DNA of 14,175 nt from Nitrososphaeraceae archaeon (GTDB lineage Archaea; Thermoproteota; Nitrososphaeria; Nitrososphaerales; Nitrososphaeraceae), in assembly GCA_035710925.1 (NCBI GenBank), contig DASTCR010000078.1, forward strand, positions 1 to 14,175, read 5' to 3'. Shown here one piece after another: positions 5,913 through 12,263 of this stretch (positions are counted from its first letter, which is position 1; every line of letters begins with the position of its first letter). The notes under the pieces are model-generated. The model searched no databases and was not told where the DNA came from. It saw nothing but the letters and a program-made list of their open reading frames with translations. Position numbers and translations under genes: made by a program.

Positions 5913-7073
5913 CTACTTTTGAATTATTTGTAAAATTCGATCGTCGTAGGCATCTCCTATTCCGACAGCATTCTTGTTGGCTGTTAGGATATACAGAGAG
6001 CCATTAGGAGCTTCGAAGACGTCATTGAGCCTACCATATCCTACCAGGATATTATCTTGCACCCTTGACTCAAGATCAATTTGATGGAGATGGGATCCTC
6101 TTAAAGTAGTAAATATTACATCATTTTGATATCCCAGTCTATCAGAAATGGGAATCGTAAGTCCGGTTGGGGCAATTGATGGATTAAAACAAAACAAAGG
6201 TGTCTTGAACTTCATAGCAGTAGATGACAGCGAATAATTGCAGACCTCTAGAGGCCATCCATAGTTTGATCCGGGTTCAATAATATTAATTTCATCATTG
6301 CCAGACGGTCCATGCTCTGTTGCGAATAATTCTTCAGTCAACGGGTGCCAGGCGAGACCTTGTATATTTCGATGCCCATACGAATAAACAGGTGAATCAG
6401 GGAATGGGTTATCGTACGGGATTGTTCCATCATGATTCACTCTCAATATCTTGCCTGCAAGAGACTTAGCGTCTTGAGCAAGTTCTGGGATCTCTGAATC
6501 GCCGGTAGAAACATATAATGCTCCATCTGGCCCAAATTTTAACCTGCCTCCATTATTTAAATCTGAAGCTGGGATACGATCAAGAATAGTCTTCGAGTCC
6601 ACTATCTTATTGTTCCTTTCGGTAAGCACGAGGACTTTATTGTATAGTCTTTCATCTTCGACATAGGTCTGATAGATATAAATCAAATGGTTTTGTGTGA
6701 AGTTTGGATGAAGTGCAAGCCCTAGCAAACCTGCTTCTCCTATATTTTCTGTTCGGATGTGAGCAACAGGCTCACTCTCTAGTGTACCATCAGCATGTAT
6801 CATTCTAATCCTACCGGGTTTTTCAGTAAAAAAAATTCTTCCGTCTTTTGAGACGTCGATTGACCATGGAATTTCCAAGTCTTGTGCAACTGCTCGAATA
6901 CCTTTATTTGATTGATCACCCGACCCAATTGGTTCTGGGATAGGGATTATAGTGGTATCAGAAGACGTCGACAGAATTGTTGCCACGCTAACTGCCCCTG
7001 CTATAATAAAGGCCATAACTAACTTATAGTGGAAGGGGAATGATTGTACTATGTTTTTCCACCTATTTCGCAT
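5913..7073 (-). CDS. Secreted or anchored beta-propeller, canonical soluble aldose/glucose dehydrogenase (sGDH/YliI-like) family (propeller P3)
   Basis: ATG start and N-terminal hydrophobic segment LVMAFIIAGAVSVATIL. Strong family motifs: IPWSIDVSKDGRIFFTEKPGRIR, EAGLLGLALHPNF, GGRLKFGPDGALYVSTGD, AGKILRVNHDGTIPYDNPF, YSYGHRNIQGLAWHP, ATEHGPSGNDEINIIEPGSNYGWP. Confidence 0.9.
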   Translation of the reverse strand: MRNRWKNIVQSFPFHYKLVMAFIIAGAVSVATILSTSSDTTIIPIPEPIGSGDQSNKGIRAVAQDLEIPWSIDVSKDGRIFFTEKPGRIRMIHADGTLESEPVAHIRTENIGEAGLLGLALHPNFTQNHLIYIYQTYVEDERLYNKVLVLTERNNKIVDSKTILDRIPASDLNNGGRLKFGPDGALYVSTGDSEIPELAQDAKSLAGKILRVNHDGTIPYDNPFPDSPVYSYGHRNIQGLAWHPLTEELFATEHGPSGNDEINIIEPGSNYGWPLEVCNYSLSSTAMKFKTPLFCFNPSIAPTGLTIPISDRLGYQNDVIFTTLRGSHLHQIDLESRVQDNILVGYGRLNDVFEAPNGSLYILTANKNAVGIGDAYDDRILQIIQK

Positions 7074-7433
7074 GTTACACTAATACCTAAGTAAGCTCAT
7101 TATTGTTATATGTTCGTTATAGTTCAACAAGGCATTAGTTTGCAGCCGAGTTTCGAGTAGAGGCTACAGAAGGTTGGCCGACCTTTGAAACCATACCGTA
7201 TTATATGTGGTCGACACAGTTCTCAGCCAGGCAGCCAATCACAGACAAGAAGAAGAAAAATATGGGGGCACAAGTAACCATCTTTCAATTTTCTCTATTG
7301 CTGAACCTGTATAGAGTACAATACAATTTTGTCCTTTTCTTGAAGTTCCCTCCGATGTAAATAGTAGATGCTCAGCTGTTAAACCTATATTAATCCCCTT
7401 TACAGTAACGCGTAAAGGACAATGATTATAAAA

Positions 7434-7441
7434 CTTATATA
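7434..7441 (+). promoter_or_regulatory. Candidate TATA box for the sequon-rich small protein gene
   Basis: CTTATATA is centred ~26 nt upstream of ATG 7464, and a second A/T box, TTATAAAA, lies at 7426-7433. The spacing favours ATG 7464 over GTG 7446 as the start. A 7-bp hairpin, CCTTTAC-N8-GTAAAGG, sits just upstream at 7397-7418. Confidence 0.4.
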
Positions 7442-7463
7442 GCCAGTGCTACTTAGCAAGGTC

Positions 7464-7751
7464 ATGTTAAATCACTTTGGACTTCTTGCGGTATTGGCCT
7501 GCTTGCCAGTAGGACTGGGATTGATGAACACATCAAACTTCGTACAGACATTCGCCCAGTCACCTCAATTTCCAAACAACACCGAAACTGCAACAGAATT
7601 TGCAGACGTAATAGAAGGTAATGATACCTCTATCATTCAGAATAATACTAACATAGGGAACACAAATAACACATTAGCAGACAGCACTGATGTTAACATT
7701 AGAGAGGACTGCATGCAAATTCCAGGTCAATCTGAACCATACTGCCCTTAG
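7464..7751 (+). CDS. Small secreted Asn/Thr-rich protein with multiple N-glycosylation sequons, function unknown
   Basis: The ORF track gives 7446..7751 from a GTG; ATG 7464 is preferred. Signal peptide MLNHFGLLAVLACLPVGLGLM...TFAQS. Five N-x-S/T sequons (NTS, NNT, NDT, NNT, NNT). C-terminal Cys pair DCMQIPGQSEPYCP. Confidence 0.6.
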   Translation: MLNHFGLLAVLACLPVGLGLMNTSNFVQTFAQSPQFPNNTETATEFADVIEGNDTSIIQNNTNIGNTNNTLADSTDVNIREDCMQIPGQSEPYCP

Positions 7752-7755
7752 TACA

Positions 7756-7779
7756 CTTTTCTATTTCTCTTCTTTTCTC
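7756..7779 (+). terminator. Candidate oligo-T/pyrimidine-rich archaeal terminator
   Basis: CTTTTCTATTTCTCTTCTTTTCTC begins 5 nt after the stop codon at 7749-7751. Confidence 0.45.
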
Positions 7780-7921
7780 GAGATCACTTTTAATATATCC
7801 ACCTGGGATATTGACAGATTGTCTCTCTGTCCAACCAACAGGTAAATTCTTTTCGACTGTTCACACAAGATCCTGACATGATCTGCTAAATAGAAGTGCC
7901 AATACTGGAATATCGACACGG

Positions 7922-8104
7922 TTATACAATTTTGAAATTCACCTTGTTAATTTTAAATGAAACCCCTTCTTCATAAAGACCTTTTGAAATACTACGAATC
8001 AGCCCCTCCTCCACGGCATTACGTCTTTGGTCACTCTCAATGATGTCTAATGGCAAATCTACATCGATCTCCATGTTTAATCTCCCTTTTTTTGTTTCCA
8101 CCAT
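7922..8104 (-). CDS. Hypothetical 60-aa protein (weakly supported)
   Basis: An ATG-initiated ORF that overlaps no other gene, reading MVETKKGRLNMEIDVDLPLDIIESDQRRNAVEEGLIRSISKGLYEEGVSFKINKVNFKIV. A/T-rich boxes lie 15-30 nt upstream on the minus strand. I recognise no family. Confidence 0.35.
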   Translation of the reverse strand: MVETKKGRLNMEIDVDLPLDIIESDQRRNAVEEGLIRSISKGLYEEGVSFKINKVNFKIV

Positions 8105-8375
8105 TTCAATACGGTACCTTAAATCAAGGTTAAATCCTTATCCTATTTTCATATCTTCATTCTGAAAGTTCTAACAGGTACACTTTTGGCAGATTAATAA
8201 TGCACTTTCTGAACAGAAAATCAGTATTGTCTGCTTGGTTTACATATCTGTCAAGAGCTGTTCAGCAACAATGCTATAAAGTCGAAATAGTTACATCTCT
8301 TAATTATTATTATATTAATTCCGGTTTATTAGAATATGATAATTAATTAACCTGCGAGATCAGTCATTTACATAT

Positions 8376-9011
8376 ATGCCAGCTTACAGCAATCTATCCA
8401 GTGACAAGCCAATGGTCGAAGGCAAACGACTTTTGATTTGCATAACTGGAATGCCCGGTGCTGGCAAATCTACTGTTGCCATTTTGCTTAGGAATTATGG
8501 ATTTTCATTGATTACTATGGGTGACGTTGTTAGGGAACAGGCAAAACTTAACAATCTAGAAATGACTGACGCGAATCTAGGTAATCTGATGCTTAAGCTT
8601 CGCGAAGATTTGGGCCCAGCTGCAGTTGCACATCTAATTTTGAAAAAAATAAAGCAGGATTCAGGTATGAAACGTGATATTGTAATTGACGGTATAAGGA
8701 GCATAGATGAAGTCAAAGTGTTGAAAACCATCGGGTCAGTTAGATTACTGGCAATCCACGCGTCTGCCGAAACAAGATACAACCATATCAAGCAGAGAGG
8801 TAGAGCAGATGTTCCACAAGATAACACTGATTTCCTCATCCGTGACCAACGAGAAATAGATGTGGGCATAAGCGAGGCGATTGCCATGTCGGATGAGGTT
8901 GTATCTAATAACAATCTAACAATGGCCGAATTACAAAATAAAGTTCTAGGTATAGTTGGAAAATGGCTCGATAACATTGACAGTATCAATAATGGAAGTC
9001 CCAGGAATTAA
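8376..9011 (+). CDS. P-loop nucleotide/nucleoside kinase, archaeal UPF0200 (dephospho-CoA-kinase-like / adenylate-kinase-like) family
   Basis: ATG start. Walker A ICITGMPGAGKST. Further matches by eye: MGDVVRE, IVIDGIRSIDEV, and a lid-like KQRGRADVP...FLIRDQREIDVG. The next gene starts 5 nt after the stop. Confidence 0.75.
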   Translation: MPAYSNLSSDKPMVEGKRLLICITGMPGAGKSTVAILLRNYGFSLITMGDVVREQAKLNNLEMTDANLGNLMLKLREDLGPAAVAHLILKKIKQDSGMKRDIVIDGIRSIDEVKVLKTIGSVRLLAIHASAETRYNHIKQRGRADVPQDNTDFLIRDQREIDVGISEAIAMSDEVVSNNNLTMAELQNKVLGIVGKWLDNIDSINNGSPRN

Positions 9012-9016
9012 GAACA

Positions 9017-9421
9017 ATGAAAGAATTGCCTGCTGCAATCCAAATGATATCAGTAGCAGAGACTCCTCTAAATCCTTCCGAGTGTCCCGAAAAGGTAAGA
9101 GCTGCACTTGAGAATGTATTTGACAACAGCATAGTTGAGACAAGGCACGGCAGATTGATTGGAAGGGCTATCGGAGGCGAATCGCTTAACACTATATATG
9201 AACAAGTCAGATCTAGAGCTGCCCTAGGAGTATTGAGAAAAGCCCTCATTAGGAACAGGACTATGGATTCCACCTGGTTTCTTTTGAATAAACAAGCAGC
9301 CGCGGCCGGTACGGTAGCTATTGTAGAACATAAGGACGAGTCACCTCTGGGTGCAATAAAGATAACCATTGAGTGCGATGATTTAGACACGGTCATTGAT
9401 TGGCTTTCCCCCGCGATGTAG
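9017..9421 (+). CDS. UPF0201 / COG1931-like putative RNA-binding protein
   Basis: ATG lies 5 nt after the stop of the kinase gene, so the two form an operon. From memory of the family: an N-terminal beta-strand followed by P..SE.PEKV.AAL.N.F, and FLLNKQAAAAG.V......ESPLGAIKITIE near the C-terminus. Not verified by search. Confidence 0.55.
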   Translation: MKELPAAIQMISVAETPLNPSECPEKVRAALENVFDNSIVETRHGRLIGRAIGGESLNTIYEQVRSRAALGVLRKALIRNRTMDSTWFLLNKQAAAAGTVAIVEHKDESPLGAIKITIECDDLDTVIDWLSPAM

Positions 9422-9506
9422 AAAATTATGAACCTTTGATAATAGGTTAGGCAGACTTGAACAAGGGTTTGAAGAGCGATCTTTTATAAGTAATTCTACT
9501 AATGTA

Positions 9507-10277
9507 TTGATTGTGAGGACGTCGAACTTTTCCGGTTCTTCAAAAGGTCGCCTGAGTGATGGAATCCTTGGAATTTATGCATGGTTGGAAAAGAGGCAGT
9601 CCGCTATGTTAGTAACCGCAGTTACCAGTATAATTTTGCTTTTCATTATGCATATGTCTACTGTTACTATGCGAATCAATTCAGAGTCTCTTTTGCAGAA
9701 TTTTATTATCTTGGTTACCATAGTCTTGCTTCTTATTATTGGTACTTCGGTTATCTGCAAGGGTATAGTTCCTATAGCTATTTGTTCGTTAGGGCTTACT
9801 TTGGTATCTGCCGGTATACTCTATCCGTCTTACTTTATGGAGACTGCCGGTGAACTATACTATAAGTCCTCGTACGGGTTTATGTCAGAAAGATCCGTTT
9901 TGAACGCCGCTCACGGCTACTTTTTGCTGGGAATAGCCATGGTAATCCTAAGCTTAATCATCGGATATAGACCTACAATACTCTATACTAGAAATAGGCC
10001 CGAATCATTGGAGGCTATTTGGAAGAAATATCCAATATGGTATGATAGCGTAAAGCTTGTGGGAGGTTACGATGAACCTTCCGTACCACTAAAAAGCTTA
10101 ATGACAGCCGAAGAAAGATATCTTTTATGGCGCTACGAATTTGTGCTTACAAGCATTTATGGGACACCCTATCTAGTTAAGCCAGACGGATACGTACCTG
10201 CTAGCTCAAAAATTTTAAGAGACAAGGAAAGTCTATCAATGATTGGCAAGTCGAGGTACACGGGATATTTTGGATAA
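9507..10277 (+). CDS. Integral membrane protein (about 4 TM helices) with ~100-aa C-terminal soluble domain, function unknown
   Basis: Hydrophobic helices: LVTAVTSIILLFIMHM, FIILVTIVLLLIIGTSVI, IVPIAICSLGLTLVSAGILY, GYFLLGIAMVILSLIIGY. The C-terminal domain reads ...YPIWYDSVKLVGGYDEPSVPL...WRYEFVLTSIYGTPYLVKPDGYVP. The start is uncertain: TTG 9507, GTG 9513 or ATG 9606. Confidence 0.65.
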   Translation: MIVRTSNFSGSSKGRLSDGILGIYAWLEKRQSAMLVTAVTSIILLFIMHMSTVTMRINSESLLQNFIILVTIVLLLIIGTSVICKGIVPIAICSLGLTLVSAGILYPSYFMETAGELYYKSSYGFMSERSVLNAAHGYFLLGIAMVILSLIIGYRPTILYTRNRPESLEAIWKKYPIWYDSVKLVGGYDEPSVPLKSLMTAEERYLLWRYEFVLTSIYGTPYLVKPDGYVPASSKILRDKESLSMIGKSRYTGYFG

Positions 10278-10296
10278 TGTGCTAATTACAAACGCC

Positions 10297-10304
10297 TTTC
10301 TTTT
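10297..10304 (+). terminator. Weak oligo-T terminator candidate
   Basis: CCTTTCTTTTG lies ~20 nt after the stop at 10275-10277. Confidence 0.3.
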
Positions 10305-10464
10305 GATATAGCTTCCACTATATATATGATAAATCAGTGAAAGGCTATTGGGTTAGATTAGGTCGGGCGGCTTGCATAAACTAAAAATTGTAAGAATCTA
10401 TCATACATAAAGTTCAAATTTTGCAAGATGTTGACAAGTCCCTCCTAATCTGCTAAGATCCGCC

Positions 10465-10890
10465 CTATCTGACAATTAGTACAGAATGCTTAGTTTGGTG
10501 TAAAACTTTCTCAGATACACTTCCTAACACCATCTTCTTGAATCTTCCGGAGCCCCTATAACCCATTACTATCATATCGAATTGTTCCTTCTCACTATAT
10601 TGGGTTATCTTTGATGCCACGTCTCCTTCGATGAGAGTCGTTTTAACTTCCACGCCTTCATCGTTTCCTATTGCTTCACACTTTTCGAGAATCTGTTCTG
10701 ATTGTCTTCTGTAGTCTCTAAGCAAATTTTCCAACTCTTTTTGTGGATGAATATATACAGTCGGTGCCCTTTCAATTACGTGGAGGGCCGTTACTTTGGC
10801 CTCTAATTTTTTCGAAAGAAAGATAGCTGCCTTTAGTGCACGAAATGAATTGTCAGAGCCGTCCACCGGTACCAGTAGCTTTGAAAACAT
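10465..10890 (-). CDS. Universal stress protein (UspA family, adenine-nucleotide alpha-hydrolase fold)
   Basis: MFSKLLVPVDGSDNSFRALKAAI...VTALHV at the N-terminus. C-terminal ATP-binding-type motif DMIVMGYRGSGRFKKMVLGSVSEKVLHQTKHSVLIV. Confidence 0.9.
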   Translation of the reverse strand: MFSKLLVPVDGSDNSFRALKAAIFLSKKLEAKVTALHVIERAPTVYIHPQKELENLLRDYRRQSEQILEKCEAIGNDEGVEVKTTLIEGDVASKITQYSEKEQFDMIVMGYRGSGRFKKMVLGSVSEKVLHQTKHSVLIVR

Positions 10891-10915
10891 TCTTTCTTGC
10901 TCTGCTGCATCAAAC

Positions 10916-10923
10916 CATATATA
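10916..10923 (-). promoter_or_regulatory. Candidate TATA box for the usp gene
   Basis: The minus strand reads TATATATG, centred ~30 nt upstream of ATG 10890. Confidence 0.4.
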
Positions 10924-11016
10924 CTTACATTACACTATGGGTAACCTTTTTCCAGAGATATATCATTTGGAATTTGTGATATCTAGCAGGCTGTCATAAT
11001 CATGCTATTGTAAATT

Positions 11017-11024
11017 CTTATATA
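11017..11024 (+). promoter_or_regulatory. Candidate TATA box for the Met/Asn-repeat peptide gene
   Basis: CTTATATA is centred ~30 nt upstream of ATG 11051. Confidence 0.4.
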
Positions 11025-11050
11025 GTGTATTGCGCTAGAACAAAACGCAA

Positions 11051-11236
11051 ATGAATACAAGAATCCTACTGGCGGCAATTGCAATTGTTGCAGCATTTGG
11101 TATCGCAGCAGTCATTGGTTCAGTCTCTACAGCTATTCCAGTAATAGCTCAGAATATGACAGGTGACAATATGACTGCGATGGGCGGCAACATGACAGGG
11201 ATGGGCAATATGTCGGCTGGTAATATGACACCGTAG
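11051..11236 (+). CDS. 61-aa exported or membrane-anchored peptide with (G)NMT Met/Asn-rich repeat tail, function unknown
   Basis: ATG start. Hydrophobic N-terminus MNTRILLAAIAIVAAFGIAAVIGSVSTAIPVIAQ, then NMTGDNMTAMGGNMTGMGNMSAGNMTP. A promoter-like box lies upstream and a strong T-run terminator downstream. Confidence 0.6.
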   Translation: MNTRILLAAIAIVAAFGIAAVIGSVSTAIPVIAQNMTGDNMTAMGGNMTGMGNMSAGNMTP

Positions 11237-11312
11237 TCGGAGCCAAATCCAGAGCTTCAACGCCACCTATAGCAAAATGCATGGGAAATTATAAATCTGG
11301 ACAAACCAAAAA

Positions 11313-11329
11313 TTTTTTCTTTTATTTTT
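11313..11329 (+). terminator. Oligo-T archaeal terminator
   Basis: TTTTTTCTTTTATTTTT lies ~75 nt after the stop at 11234-11236. Confidence 0.55.
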
Positions 11330-11562
11330 ACCTACGCTGCTATCAAAATCAAGTAGACAGCATAGGATGTACATGTAAACTTATTTGATTTCCAGACAGC
11401 AGAAATAACAATTTCATGATCTGATACTACGTTGTACTTATTTGGATTGGCTGACGCATCCATGTAAGTAGGGCAGACTTTCAGCTGTTTTGATGATAGA
11501 TAAAAGCAAAAAAGGAGGGTCTGCCTTGATTGAAGGAAATACTTAAAGATGGATAGGCCAAA

Positions 11563-12147
11563 TTGAACCGTAAGAAAGTGTCATCTGCAGCAAAACAGGA
11601 TCCGCAAGAAGATAGAATGGCTCAGCTAATTAAACATTGGTCGGAGTTGCTCAAATTACCTACCATAGGGCCATTTCATGCTTTTTCGCAAGAAATCGAC
11701 CCTTATTTGCAGGGAATGTTGAGTATAAATCAGACTTTACTAAAGCTACAAGTTGACCTTAACGAATATTGGTCTCATATGAAAAATGCTTATTCTAACG
11801 CATTAAAGGAAACAACAGAGAGAGCACCCAAAACCTTCAACACAAAGGAGGATTTTGAGAATTACAGAAAGGTTGTAATTGAAGCATTCGAAGATGCTTT
11901 TACCACTCTATTTACCTCAGAGGAATTTCCTAGGGTCTACAATAAAGTATCAAATGATCAGATGGAATTACTCAAGTCTATCCAACAGCTAGTTGAAAAC
12001 AGCCTCCAAACCTTAAATCTCCCTACCAGGAGTGAAATAAACGAGTTAGCAAAAGATATGCATTCCTTAAAAAAAGATATTCGTAGCTTAAAAAAGAGAT
12101 CAGGGGGAACCTATTTTGAGGGCGATAAGAGTAGCAGCGTAGAATAG
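11563..12147 (+). CDS. phaE: PhaE-like protein (type III polyhydroxyalkanoate synthase subunit E family), tentative
   Basis: Helical protein of ~190 aa. The C-terminal segment LNLPTRSEINELAKDMHSLKKDIRSLKK resembles the conserved LP(T/S)R.E(V/I)DEL....L motif of PhaE proteins. This is from memory, not searched. The start is either TTG 11563 or ATG 11617. Confidence 0.5.
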   Translation: MNRKKVSSAAKQDPQEDRMAQLIKHWSELLKLPTIGPFHAFSQEIDPYLQGMLSINQTLLKLQVDLNEYWSHMKNAYSNALKETTERAPKTFNTKEDFENYRKVVIEAFEDAFTTLFTSEEFPRVYNKVSNDQMELLKSIQQLVENSLQTLNLPTRSEINELAKDMHSLKKDIRSLKKRSGGTYFEGDKSSSVE

Positions 12148-12263
12148 TGATCAATTTACTGCATATGTATTGGGATAGCAGAATCGGCTACTTTCTTGTT
12201 TTAATACGACTCAGATTGTAAGTTGAGGATACAATTAAGGTAGAGTAAGTTAATAGAATGGGA

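Noticed and set aside
8495-9396. Three minus-strand ORFs (8495..8989, 8946..9143, 8986..9396)
   Set aside because: They are antisense to the well-supported kinase and RNA-binding genes, which have Walker A and family motifs. Their products are low-complexity and motif-free.
10355-10465. Complementary segments AGATTAGG (10355-10362) / CCTAATCT (10444-10451) and GGGCGG (10365-10370) / CCGCCC (10460-10465) in the convergent spacer before usp
   Set aside because: The order is A-B...A'-B', which is not nested, so they cannot form one simple hairpin. The arms are short and far apart, and the second CCGCCC runs into the usp stop codon. Chance complementarity is the simplest explanation.
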